Below are positions 37,656-50,624 of a stretch of DNA of 64,000 bases, one piece after another. Numbering within the stretch: position 1 is the first letter of the stretch; each line of letters begins with the position of its first letter. The translations under genes were made by a program, and so were the position numbers. Under the pieces are notes generated by a model. The model was not told where the DNA came from and did no database searches. It saw only the letters and a program-made list of their open reading frames with translations. The stretch spans positions 21,330,001 to 21,394,000 of the forward strand of contig CM075989.1 of assembly GCA_038087875.1 (NCBI GenBank), in the 5' to 3' direction. The stretch is from Malacoraja senta (Eukaryota).

Positions 37656-38464
37656 AACTCAACTCAACGAATCTCTCACCAGGTATTGTCAATCCCCACT
37701 TCTTTTCCAGCTTCATTCCTCCCTCACACAATCAGTCTGAAGACGGGGTCCCGACCCGAACCGTCGCCCGTCCATGTCCTCCAGTGATTCTGCCTGACTC
37801 GCTGAGCTACTCCAACACTTTGTGTTTTGCTCAAGAGAAAAATAACATAATCTTGAAATCATTGCAACAGGCTAATTGTCATTCAAAGAGAGAAACCACT
37901 TTAAAGACTGCACGGTGGCGCAGCGGTAGAGTTGCTGCCTCACAGCGCCACGGATCCAGGTTTGATCCTGACTAGAATTAGAATGCTATTTATTGTCATT
38001 CAAACCTAGGCTTGAACGAAATATCGTTACTACAGTTTTTATTTTATTTTTTTTATTTTTTTTTTCACATGACAAAAAACCCCAAGACCCACACTTAACA
38101 CAGTTTACATAAACATCCATCACAGTGAGTCTCCAACACTTCCTCACTGTGATGGAGGTGTTGGAGACTCACTACGAGATCCATCTGTACGTTCTCCCAG
38201 TGACCGTATGGGTTTTCTCAGTGTGCGCCGGTTTCCTCCCACACGTACAGGCTTGTAGGTTAATTGACATTGGTAAAAAATTGTAAATTGTCCCTAATGT
38301 GTAGGATAGTGCTAGTGTACGGGATCGCTGGTCGGTGCGGACTCGGTGGGCCGAAGGGCCTGTTTCCAAAGCTGTATGTCTGAACTAAAGTAAATGGGCT
38401 GCAGCTAATTATTATTCAAAGTGAGAAACTACTTCAAAGACTTAACTAGCGAACGGCTATTATG

Positions 38465-38652
38465 CACAAATGCTGGAGTAACTCACCGGGACAGGCAGCA
38501 TCGCTGGAGAGACGTTTCGGGTCTGAGGAAGGGTCTCGACCCCGAAACGTCACCCATTCCTTCTCTCCAGAGTTGCTGCCTGTCCCGGTGAGTTACTCCA
38601 GCATTATTTGTCTATCTTCGGTTTAAACCAGCATCTGCAGTTCCTTTCTGCA
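38465..38652. mobile_element. Fold-back Penelope-tail element with hammerhead motif (38523-38551)
   Basis: ctgaggaagggtctcgaccccgaaacgtc between inverted arms. Confidence 0.7.
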
Positions 38653-39229
38653 CAAAGACCATTATACACTATTTTGCCAAGTTAAGGGCACACTGAATAA
38701 TTTTGTGCCTTCAATCAACCAGCCCAAACTGTAATTCCAAAAGAACGGTACATATGTGGTCCATTATTGCCGTTCAACTACACTTTAAATCACTTTAAAA
38801 ACACTCTAAGCGGCAGGCCAATTAGTTGGGAGAGAGGAGGAAACTGCAAAGATTTTTTTGCCAGAGATGTTAACAGTACTGTGAAACAAGGTAATTTTAT
38901 TTTATTAGTGTGGGAGTATATATTAATCAGCTGCCAACATGTGTGATTTCCTAAAGCACAAAGCATCAACAATAATAGCAATTGCAACCTATGGGTACAA
39001 TTTTAATACACAAATTACAGGTAAAGTAAGTGTAACAAGAGGTAATGAACACTGATGATCAGTGAGACTGGCCAGATATTTGTCTGGGCAATTCACCTTG
39101 GCCAAGCTAATGATAACATCACAGGCCATGCATTGTACGCGCTCTCCACTGCTCGATCTTTAGGGTGTGACTTTATGATCTTTGCAAATACAAAAAAAAG
39201 GTCATAAAAAAGGCATCTAATGATGAGAC

Positions 39230-39715
39230 ATCATTCAGCTGGAAAGAGTGCTGAGAGAAAGTTTGAGGAGACCTTATGATGGAAGATTTACCAGGACTCG
39301 AGGACCTGAGCTATTGGAGAGGTTGAGCAGGCTAGCACTTAGTCCTTAGAGCGCTGAAGGCTGAGACGTGATCATATGGAGGGGGGGGGGAGGGTCACGA
39401 GGGGAATAAACAGAGTGGATACACAGAGTGTTTTACCCAAGGTAGAGGACTAGAGTGCATAGTTTTAAGGTGAGAGGGGAAAGATTTAATAGAAGCTTGA
39501 AGGGTAACGATTTCATTCTGAGGGTGGTGGGTACATGGAACGAACTGCCGGAGGAGTTAGTTGAGGCAAGTTTTAGAACAGCGTTTAAAAGACACTGGTA
39601 TATGGATAGGGAAGATTTAGAGGGCTATTGGCCAAACGTGGGGAAAAGAGACTAACTTAGATGGTTAGCATTGATGAGTTGGGCAGAAGGGCCAGGTTCC
39701 ATGTTGTATGAATCC
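39230..39715 (+). mobile_element. Old CR1 3' fragment
   Basis: HSFKVRGERFNRSLKG...RVVGTWNELPEE. Confidence 0.7.
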
Positions 39716-40614
39716 ATGGAGTAACTCAGTGGGTCAGGCAGCATCTCTGGAGAACATGGATAGATGACATTTTACATCGGAACACTTCTCCAAATCAGGA
39801 GAAGGGTCCCAACTCAAAACATCACTTATCCATCTTCTCCAGAGAAGCTGTCTGACCCACTAAGTTACTCCAGCACTTTGTGTTATTTTTTTTGTAAACC
39901 AGCATCTGCAGTTCCTTCCGTCTCCACGATTCTATGAGTCGATGATTCTAATATCTTCTGCGCAGTCTGTTCCAGACTCAAAGCTCAGTATAATGGAATA
40001 ATTTCCTTCACCATCCAGAGCCGATCAAATTGGATCTGCATGTCTAGGAAGGAACTGCAGATACTGGTTTACAACAAAGATAGACTCAAAGTGCTGGAGT
40101 AACTCAGCAGGTCAGGCAGCATCTAGGAAGAAAAGGAATAGGTTATGTTTCAACGGAGACCCTTCTTCAGATTGGAGAAGGGTCTTGTGCTGAAACGTCA
40201 CCTATTCCTTTTTCTCCAGAGATGCTGCCTGACCCGCTGAGTTACTTTGAGTCTAAATTGGATCTGTGTGTCGGAGTTGCTGGCCATTTGATCAGCCCAC
40301 GCCAGGTAGCAGCATAGGACCCATTTGACACAGAACAACACGGCTGTTGGAGTTGCTGCCTCACAGCACCAGAGACCCGTGTTCACTCTTGACCTCGGGC
40401 GCTGTCTGTGTGGAGTTTGCATGTTCTCACTGTGACCTCCTCAGTTTCCTCCGGCTGCTCCGGTTTCCTCCACATCCCAAAGACGTGCAGATTTGTTCTT
40501 AAGTCATAGGTGCAGAATGAGCCCAGTTCAGTTTAGTTTATTATTGTCACGTGTACCAAGGTACAGACACAGAATAAGGGGAATGATGTTTAGTGCAAGA
40601 TAAGTTCCATGAAA

Positions 40615-40930
40615 GGGCGGCACAGTGGTGCAGTGGAAGAGTTGCTGCCTCACAGCGCCGGAGACCCGGGTTCGATCCCGACTGCAGGTGCTGTCTGTAC
40701 GGAGTCTGTACCTTCTCCCCGTAACCTGCATGGCTTTTCTCCGAGATCTTCGTTTTCCTCCCACACTCCAAAGACATACAGGTTTGTAGGTTAACTGGCT
40801 TGGTATAAATGTAAATTGTCTCCAGTGTGCGTCGGATAGTGTTAGTGTGCGGGGATCGCTGGTCGGCGCGGACTCGGTGGGCCGAAGGGCCTGTTTCCGC
40901 GCTGTATCTCTAAACTAAACTAAACTAAAC
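40615..40930 (+). mobile_element. HE1-like V-SINE nested in an L2/Rex1 tail (40525-41082, -)
   Basis: Full structure. Confidence 0.85.
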
Positions 40931-41677
40931 CAAAGTCCAATTAAAGACAGTCCGAGGGTCTCCAAGGAGGTAGACGGGAGGTCAGGACCGCTCACTAGTT
41001 GGCGATAGGATGGTTCAGTTGCCTGATAACAGCTGGGCAGACATGGCCACTGAATCTGGAGCTGTGCGTTTACAAACCACTGTTCTCTGGGTGCCATGGA
41101 TAGAGTTCCTTTAAGATCTAACTCATTTGCTCAAAGCAATGCTGAAGCAGCAGCTCGGAGCTTTGCAAGCAGCTGTTGACAGGAACCCTACTTTAGTGTT
41201 CCAGATGGATTTTTTTTACAACAATCCAATATTTTCTGTCATCCTTGTCACTTGGTCTGGCTGCTGCTGTTATTCCAAGTTACAGATTATTAACTTAATT
41301 TAAATTCCGCAGCTACTTTGGAGGGATATAAACTCCACGACTGCTCTGGTAGTTTAAACGCCATGTTACCACTGATGATTGCATGGCGGAGTAGACGATG
41401 GGCCGAACGGCCTCATTCTACTCCGATGACCTTATGACCTTATTCTGCTGCTTTGAAATATTGTCTTGCACTCAGCTAAGACAGCCCAACTAACTTAATG
41501 CAGAATACTTCAAGCTCCCAAATAGTTGGAAGGGAGGAATAGTTCATTTTGGCCAGAGTTATTAGCAACACTGCAAAACAAGGTCATTTTATTTTATTAG
41601 TGTATGACCACATATTAATCGGCTGCCAAATCATTAAATTTGCTAAAGCAAGGAGCATCAATAATAATAGAAATTGC

Positions 41678-42085
41678 CTGAAGAAGGAATCCGACCTGAA
41701 ACGTCGCCTATCCATGTTCTCCAGAGATGCGGCCTCACCCGCTGAGTTACTCCAGCACTCTGTAAAACGTCACCTATCCATGTTCCGGCAGCATCTATGG
41801 AGCGAAGGAAATAGGCAACGTTTCGGCCCGAAACCCTTCCGGGTTTCGGCCCGAAACGTTGCCTATTTCCTTCAGGGTTTCGGCCCGAAAGGTTGCCCAT
41901 TTCCTTCGCTCCACAGATGCTGCCTGACCCGCTGAGTTACTCCAGCACTCTGTGAAACGTCACCTATCCATGTTCTCCACAGATGCTGCCTGACCTGCTA
42001 AGTTACTCCAGCACTCTGTGAAACGTCACCTATCCATGTTCCCCACAGATGCTGCCTGACCCGCTGAGTTACTCCAGCACTTTGT
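41678..42085 (+). repeat. Tandem 66-bp Penelope-tail repeats with an embedded fold-back
   Basis: Unit gaaacgtcacctatccatgttctccacagatgctgcctgacccgctgagttactccagcactctgt, about 4 copies. Confidence 0.8.
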
Positions 42086-42184
42086 GCCCTTTTGTGTAAA
42101 GCTGCATAACAATCTTGCCCCGCACACCCCCTTCAAACTTTGCTTCTGCCACCTTGAAGCTATGCCCTCTAGTATTGGGCATGT

Positions 42185-42922
42185 TTACATGTTAAATCGG
42201 GTAGATGCACAGAGCCTCTTGCCCAGAGTAGGGGAATCGAGGGCCAGAGGACATAGGTTCAAGGTGAAGAGGAAAATATTTAATGGGAATCTGAGGGGTA
42301 ATTTTTTTCACACAAAGGGTGGTGGGTGTATGGAACAAGCTGCCAGAGGAGGTAGTTGAGGCTGGGACTATCCCATAATTTATGAAGCAGTTAGGCAGGT
42401 ACACGGATAGGTCAGGTTTGGAGGGATATGGACCAAATGGGTCTAGTGTGGCTGGGACATGTTGGCTGGTTTGGGCAAGTTGAACCGAAGGGCCTGTTTC
42501 CGCACTGCATCACTCTATGAATCTATGTTGCAGTTATATCAGACGTTGGTGAGGCCACATTGTGTTCAGTATTGGTCACCATGTTGTAGGAAAGATGCCG
42601 TCAAGCTTGAATGTGCTCAGAGCAGATTACCAGAATGTTGGCAGGACACGAGGGACTGAGGTACAGGGCGAGGTTGCGTAGGCTGGGACTATATTCATTG
42701 GAGCGCGGTAGGATGAGAGGTGATCTTATAGAGGTGTACAAAATCCTGAGAGGAATAGATCGGGTAGACGAACTTAGCCCAGAGTAGGGGAATCGAGAAC
42801 CATAGGACATAGTTTTAAGGTGAGGGGGGTAAGATTTAATAGGAACCTGAGGGCTAACTTTTTTTTACACAAAGTGTGGTGGGTGCATGGAACGAGCTGC
42901 CGGAGGAAGTAGTTGAGGCAGG
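42185..42922 (+). mobile_element. Two adjacent CR1/HER1 3' fragments
   Basis: RVDAQSLLPRVGESRARGHRFKV; LYQTLVRPHCVQYWSP. Confidence 0.8.
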
Positions 42923-44260
42923 TAGGAGGCCAGAGACCCGGGTTCAATCCTGACGTGTGGTTTTCTGTACAGAGTTGGTACGTTCTCTCCGTGACCTGTG
43001 TGGGTTTTCTCCAGGAGCTCCGGTTGCCTCCCACGCTAAGTTATCCCTAGTGCATGTAAGGGTAGTGTGAGTGTGCGGGGATCGCTGGTCGGCGCGGACT
43101 CGGTGACGGGCCGAAGGGCCTGTTTCCGCGCTGTATCTCTAAACTGAACTAAACTAATGTTGAAAAAAAGGGGATAAACAGAAGATTAAAAAGGCTGTGA
43201 GGAAGAAGACCCCGACACAGAATGCAAATCTCAAGAGGAGAAAATGGGTGATTTGTAGTCACAACACCATGGTGCCTCATTAGTTTGAACTCGACACAAA
43301 GATTTATACTTGAAGTTGATTATACCATTTGGCAGAGCGTGCAGTTATCGGCATGCTGCGACTGAGGCTTTTCCAGAATAACCGGTGTTTCGTAAGTATT
43401 GCAACCAGAACTCACCGACTCAGCCCTCTCTCCAAACCCCACACCGACCGTAATTGGCCTTAATATTTAAAGGTGCAATTGGCACAGAGGCTGCACCAGA
43501 GAGCACCGAGACTCAAATCAGATTCTGAATTATACAAGGAGTGCGGATTAAAGGTCAAATTGTGTGGGTCACGACTATTACAGGTCAGGGAGAGGGTTTT
43601 TTTTTTTTTTACAAGGGCTGTTGAAACGTGGTAAATATATCCATTTACAATCAGCTTCGACACAGATTAATCAACTTGACAATCTAGGACATTGTCAAAC
43701 ACACAGAAGCCATTTACACCGCAGTTGCTCTATCTGATTCCCTGCAGAACATGCTGTGAATCCGCCTCTGGAAGTTAGCGAGATAAAAAAACTGTCAGTG
43801 ACATTCATCAGGGAACTTGTAGAAGATAAAACAATGTACACAGAACTCATAATTCTTCTTCCCAGCGATGATGCCTCAAGTTTGTTACTGTGGTAACAGC
43901 ACCCATTTCTTCATCTCTATTGATTTTTCTCTTAATCCTTATGTTCCTCTTTTGTTCCGTCTGTCTGTCTTTTATTTCTCTCTTCCCTTCTTGATGCCTC
44001 CTGTATTTTCTCACCCCCACCCCCTCCCCTCCCCCCCCCTTGCCCTCCCCGAGTCTGCGACTGCGACTTTCACCGACCTCAGTCGACACGCTCCTCTCTA
44101 CTCAAGGTTCTCCAGGTGACTTTATCCAATGACCTCCCGACATCAATTGGCACGCTTGACATGACTGACAACAAGCTAATTGTTTCGTGAACTGCCGATA
44201 TTGATTTTAGTTTTGCGTGGAGCCGAACAAAGGGGAAAAAAATTCTTTATGTTAAGAGAA

Positions 44261-44450
44261 GGGAGACAAAAATGCTGGAGAAACTCAGCGGGTGAGGCAG
44301 CATCTATGGAGCAAAGGAAATAGGCGAAAGGGTCTCGACCCTAAACGTCGCCTATTCCTTCGCTCCATAGATGCTGCCTCACCCGCTGAGTTTCTCCAGC
44401 ATTTTTGTCTACCTTCGATTTTTCCAGCACCTGCAGTTCTTTGGGAAACA
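44261..44450. mobile_element. Fold-back Penelope-tail element
   Basis: TSD tttatgt(t/c)aagagaa at 44246-44260 and 44451-44465. Confidence 0.75.
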
Positions 44451-45384
44451 TTTATGTCAAGAGAAATGAGTTGCAGGCTGTACTGCTATCTACTGTCTGA
44501 AGGAGGGTCTCGACCCGAAACGTCACCCGTTCCTTCTCTCCAGAGATGCTGCCTGTCCCGCCGAGTTACTCCAGCATTTTGTCTCGACCTTCAGCTGTAA
44601 TAATCTCTCTTTCATGATCCTATGCGACACTCTCCTTCCTGTGTTAAGCGCATTGAACTTATTTCACAAGAGTGATGAAGTGTTGATTTAAAACTTAATT
44701 TTATTTTGTATTGGTATTCTGCTCTGGTCTGCTGTAAAACCAGCAATTATTAATTGGGCTATTTTTTCATTGCAATAAATGGCCATGCATCATGTTAGTA
44801 ACGTATTGGTCTCCTTTGCAACAATGCAATAATTACAAAAAGTACTGATCAGTAAATCATCAGTCATAATCAACTTTTTTCAAGACTTTTATTGACCAGC
44901 CAGTGAAATAACTCAACATGATGGACCCAGCATTTATATTTAAGTATAAATAGGGCAAGATAAAGCTACCGGTGATAGAATGATCAGAGCAATGGTTATA
45001 TTAGTTCTGACAAAATGCCAGAGGAGGAATGTATGTCTTTCTACTGTGTTATGCTGTTATTATTATTGAGACATAGCTCCCATTTGGGCTTGAATGTGGT
45101 CAATGTAACAATTAAAGACACAAGGAACTGCATGAGGTAATCTTGAACAAAGCACAATGTTAATGAGCAGAATTAGGCCATTCGGCCCATCAAGTCTCTG
45201 CCATTCAATCACCTCAGCGCAGTTGGCACATTCTTAGTGAAAGCTTGCTTTAGTGTGCGTTACACATATTGTACACAGTCTTACCCATGCCCATGTGAAT
45301 ATCACAGGACTGATGCCTACATCAATGAACATGTTGTGCATTGGCGGAAAAATCGTGAGTTCGCGACGTACAGTACAACAAAAG

Positions 45385-45892
45385 TGATGGGAGCAGAATT
45401 AGGCCATTCGGCCCATCAAGTCTATTCCGCCCTACAATCATGGCTGATCTATCTTTCCCTCTCAACCCCATTCTCCTGACTTCTCCCCATAACCCCTGAC
45501 ACCCTTACTAATTATGATTCTATCTATCTCTGCCTTAAAAATATCCATTGACTTTGCCTCCACAGCCTTCTGTGGCAATGAATTCCACAGATTCTCTGAT
45601 AAAAGAAAATCCTCCTCATCTCCTTCGTAAAGGAACATCCTTTTCTTCTAAGGCTATGACCTTTGGTCCTAGACTCTCCCACTACTGGAAACATCCTCTC
45701 CGCATCCACTCTATCCAGGCCTTTCACTATTCGGTAAGTTTCAATGAGGTCCCCCTCAACCTTCCAAACCCCAGTGAGTAGAGGGCCAGTGCCTTCAAAC
45801 GCTCATCATATGTTAACCCATTCATCCCTGGGATCATTCTCGTAAACCTCCTCTGGACCCTCTCCAGCACCAGCACATCCTTCCGCAGATAT
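45385..45892 (-). mobile_element. CR1/HER1 3' fragment
   Basis: KGLDRVDAERMFPVVGESRTKGHSL. Confidence 0.85.
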
Positions 45893-46582
45893 ACCCAGTC
45901 TGAAGAGGGGTCTCAACCCGAAATATCACCTATCCATGTTCTCCATGGATGCTGCCTGACCCGCTGAGTTACTCCAGCACATTGCAAAGCACAACATACT
46001 GGATGGATTAACTCAGTGGGTCAAGCAGCATCTGTGGAGGAAATGGACTGGTAGTGTTTTGGGTCAGGACCCTTCTTCAGCCACAGATGGCTGTGGAGGC
46101 CAAGTCACTAAGTATTTTTAAAGCAGAGATTGATGGATTCTTGTTAAGTACGGGCGCCAAAGGTTATGGGGAGCAGGCAGGAGAATGGGGTTGAGAGAGA
46201 AAAATTGATCCGCCATGATTGAATGGCAGAGTAGATTGGATGGGCTGAATGGCCTAATTCTATTCCTATGTGTAATGGTCTTCAGATTGAAGAAGGGTCA
46301 CAACCTGAAACCTCACACATCCATTTCCGTTACAGATGCTGCCTGACTCACGGAATCACCCCAGCACTTTGTGCTTCGCTAATGTAAGGATTATCTGTTT
46401 TTTTATTGGGAATCCATTCAGTTGCAGAGATGGGAGAAAGTTTCAGTCCGTTAAGGAATCTTGGGGTGATAAATATCTGGAGCAACAGAATACCGTGGAA
46501 TCACTTTGAAATTTATAATTTCCGACAACATTAGGAATTTGTTACATTGCAAAGTGATGAGCTTTTACAAATATAATTTAGT

Positions 46583-46850
46583 TGGGTTTAGTTTGGAGAT
46601 ACAGTGTGGAAACCACCGTGTCCGCGCAGACCTGCGATCCACGCACACTAACATTATCCTACATACACTAGGGACAATTTACATTTGATGCCAAGCCAAT
46701 TAACCTACAAGCCTGTACGTCTTTGGAGTGTGGGAGGAAACCGGAGCTTCCCGGAGAAAACCCACACAGCTCACGTGGAGAACATACAAACTCCGTACAG
46801 ACAGCACCCGTAGTCAGGATCGAACCAGGGTCTCTGGTGTTGTGGGGCAA
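46583..46850 (-). mobile_element. HE1-like V-SINE
   Basis: Reverse complement of the SINE. Confidence 0.8.
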
Positions 46851-47803
46851 TAAACGTATTATTTTGTAGTCTTATTCTCTTCTGTGAAAAATCTATTTGC
46901 TGCGCTTGCAACTGATGAGTCCATGTTCATAAGTGATAGGAGCAGAATTAGGCCATTCAGCCCATCAAGTCTACTCCACCATTCAATCATGGCTGATGTA
47001 TCTCTCCCTCCTGACTCCATTCTCCTGCCTTCTCCTCATTACCCCTGACACCCGCACTGATCAACGAGTTCTGTGACATGAAGATCTATTTGGCTAATTC
47101 AGCAACACTTTAAATGAAAGGTTTTTGTCAAAATACAAACAATCTCCGGTGAAACTTTTACCAGGTACAGCACTGGGTCAGCCAATGAGATGGTTTGTCT
47201 TTCTCCAGAAGTTGTGCTTTTATTGGAACTGCTATAGGCTGTGATGATTAAAGAAAACCTTTTTGACTTCATTCGAAATAGTCCCATCAAGTAGAATTCA
47301 ATACAGTGCAGAATAGAAAGTGTAGATGTAAACATAAGGGTATTTCACATCGCTCGAGTCTCTGGAGGGGTTGGTTGCCAAGCAGCAGTTAAGGGTCCGT
47401 GGCCTTTCCACAGTCTGTGGAAAACTTAATGGCCCGGAGTTTAAGGTAAAAATAACCATTGGCCCCCACTATTATTAAAGTAACAATTGGACAAGGTCTA
47501 TCGGTGACCCCAACTTTGCAATTAAACGCAGATATCAAGACATTCCTGCACAGCTTGCCACCCTGACAAAAGGCCTGGATAGATGTGGATGTGGAGAGGA
47601 TGTTTCCACTAGTGTGAGAGTCTAGGATCAGAGGGCGCAGCCTCAGAATAAAAGGGATGTACCTTTAGAAAGCAGACACGGTGGGCCGAAGGGCCTGTTT
47701 CCACGCTGCATCTCCGAAACCAAAACGAAACCTAAAGCCTATATTACATTGCACTTTGCACACTCTCAAGGAGCCACAATGTGCAGGATTCTCACTAAAG
47801 GAA

Positions 47804-48005
47804 TGAGTCTGTGGAATTCTCTGCCTCAGAAGGCAGTGGAGGCCAATTCCCTGGATGCTTGCAAGAGAGAGTTGGACAGAGCTCTTAAAGATAGCGGAGT
47901 CAGGGGATATGGGGAGAAGGCAGGAATGGGGTACTGAGTGTGGATGATCAGCCATGATCACAGTGAATGGCGGTGCTGTCTCGAAGGGCACATTGTCTAT
48001 TGTCT
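47804..48005 (+). mobile_element. CR1/HER1 3' fragment
   Basis: SLWNSLPQKAVEANSLDACKRELD. Confidence 0.8.
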
Positions 48006-48207
48006 ATTCCCAGATGAAATGAAGACCGGTTTGGCCGTCAAAATTGCATCTGTTGAAATTGGCAGCACATTTGCATGGTTAAGTAGTCGTAGTAATTATA
48101 GTCATAGTATAATTATACATTGAAAGGAGATATTCCAAGCCATTGTATGGGCAAGATACTTCCCAAACTTTGTACCTGCATTGTCCCATGATTTTCCACC
48201 ATTAGTA

Positions 48208-48505
48208 GAGTCATAGAATCATTGAGTGATACAGTGTGGAAACAGGCCCTTTGGCCCAACTTGCCCACACCAACCAACATGTCCCAGCTACACTAGTCCC
48301 ACCTGCCTGTGCTTGGTCCATATCCCTCCAAACCTGTCCTATCCATATACCTGTCCAACTGCTTCTTAAACATTGGGATAGTCCCAGCCTCAACTACCTC
48401 CTCTGGCAGCTTGTTCCACACACCCACCACCCTTTGTGTGAAAAAGTTATCCCTCAGATTCCTATTAAATCTTTTCCTCTTCACCTTGGACCCAGTCCTC
48501 TGGTC
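48208..48505 (-). mobile_element. CR1/HER1 3' fragment
   Basis: FFTQRVVGVWNKLPEEVVEAG. Confidence 0.85.
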
Positions 48506-48667
48506 ATCTAAATTATATTGATCTTATCCTATCAATAATAATGACAGTGGATCCATGATAGTCCTCTGGATGGTGAGGCACCTCACTGTCCATTTGGACT
48601 GAGGAAGTCTGTGTTATTTTGCTACTATCTGTATCCTGTGGAAACATAGATACCATATTGTGCCATT

Positions 48668-48999
48668 TAGTTTTGTTTAGTTTAGTTTAGTTTAGAGATA
48701 CAGCGCGGACACAGGCCCTTCGGCCCACCGAGTCCGCACCAACCAACGAACCCCGCACAATAACACCACCCTACACCCACTAGGGACAATTTACACACAC
48801 ACCAAGCCAATCAACCTTTAAACCTGTACGTCTTTGGAGTGTGGGAGGAAACCGAAGATCTCGGAGAAAACCCACGCGGTCACGGGGAGAACGTACAAAC
48901 TCCGTGCAGACAACGCCCGTAGTCGGGATCGAACCTGGGTCTCTTGCGCTGCACGCGTAGTAAGGCAACCACTCTACCGCTACGCCACCGTGGCCGCCC
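48668..48999 (-). mobile_element. HE1-like V-SINE
   Basis: Reverse complement, full length. Confidence 0.85.
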
Positions 49000-49389
49000 A
49001 AGTGCCCAATCTGAGTGCATGCATTATTAAATCTCGCTGAATAACACACTTTTGTGCAAAACTATGCTGGATGGCCAAAGATCTGTGTATTAGATCCATG
49101 GCTAAGTTAGACAGTCAGAACTTTTTTTTCCACCCAAGGTGGAGACGTCAAAAGCTAAAGACCAAATGAATATAGAACAAATGAATGAATAATTTTTTGC
49201 ATATCTTTCATTCATCTGTCCTACATCTCTCTACGTCACCATCTATATCTCTCGTCTCCCTTTCCTCTGACTCAGTCTGAAGATCGACCCGAAGCGTCGC
49301 CCATTCCTTCTCTCCAGAGATGCTGCCCATTCCCGCTGGGTTACTCCAGCATTTCGTGTCTATCTACACCAACCGTATATATTTTTCTG

Positions 49390-49498
49390 TTCAAGAAGGA
49401 ACTGCAGATGCTGGAAAATCGAAGGTAGACAAAAGTGCTGGAGAAACTCAGCGGGTGCTGTCGCACCCGCTGAGTTTCTCCAGCACTTTTGTCTACCT
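49390..49498. mobile_element. Minimal fold-back Penelope-tail element
   Basis: Inverted arms; 14-bp TSD tatatatttttctg at 49376-49389 and 49499-49512. Confidence 0.75.
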
Positions 49499-50178
49499 TA
49501 TATATTTTTCTGGTCCCTTAACACTTGGATTTATCTGCTCAAGGTCAAATTTCTCCCCCTATCCCCACAATATACATAAACAGAAAAACTGCAAAGTGGA
49601 TTTCTTGTTTGTATTGTTTACTGTCCTGCCTCGAAAGAAAATCCCATAGCTGTCAATTGGTTTTTGTTAAGTTCTCCCCAATAAAAGGCATCAGGCGGGA
49701 TTTATTAGGCACTCAAGGCACACATTTAGTTTTTCGCCAGTTATTAAGTGAAAATCAATACAAAGCAAGAAAATGGAAGTTGTACAGCTGTTAGTGTGCT
49801 GTTGTTTCCCAGATATTATGTCAGCTGTCTCATAGATTCATGGCGATCTCAAGCTGCAGGAGAGAACTTTTGCTTACATTGCAAGACCAAAGTGGGGTTA
49901 TTCATTAGCGAGGCGACGTGCCAGATAGATTTCCGCAGCTCCGTCCATTTGTCTTCAAAATGCTGGGTTCTAGAGAAAAGGAACACTGGTAAAATGTGAT
50001 ATCGATGTCAGTTTTATGTATCTCGATTGCGATTTATCGGTGGCTCTTTCTGCAGACCTTTCTATTTTTTTTTTTAAAGAAAAACACTTCACATGAAAAA
50101 GATATCTGCACCCTCATCTCAGGATCCTCTCCACCGCTGTTTATTTTGCCAGATTTATAGCCAAACTGGAGACTGAAC

Positions 50179-50181
<3 letters not shown>

Positions 50182-50226
<45 letters not shown>
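50182..50226. repeat. (GT)n microsatellite
   Basis: Perfect GT run. Confidence 0.95.
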
Positions 50227-50228
<2 letters not shown>

Positions 50229-50624
50229 AAAACATCAATTCCATGCAGAAGCAACCAAGTTGCTCAGTGTATGATATTGGAGACTTTTGGCTATCCAGAT
50301 ATAATGATCCCACCCAATTGCTTTGAACATTAACTGCAATAAAAGTTTGATGTTTGGCTTACTTTTAAGGGTTGTTTCCTTAGGTAACATTTCAAAGCCA
50401 GCTGACAACAACCACCCCCCCCCTACCCCCCCCACCGCCACCTCTACAAGTCCAAGGTCAATTATAATCGCAAACTAGAGATATCTTTAAATCAGAGAAG
50501 CATTCTGCACGGAAAGAGAGCCATTGGCACAACTTGTCCAAGCCAATCTAGATCTCTCATCTAGGCTAGTCCCATTTGATTGATTGAAAGATACAACATT
50601 GTATCGGCCCATCCAGTCCACACA

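Noticed and set aside
41690..42085. CRISPR-like array
   Set aside because: Units are contiguous with no unique spacers, there are no cas genes, and the context is vertebrate repeat DNA.
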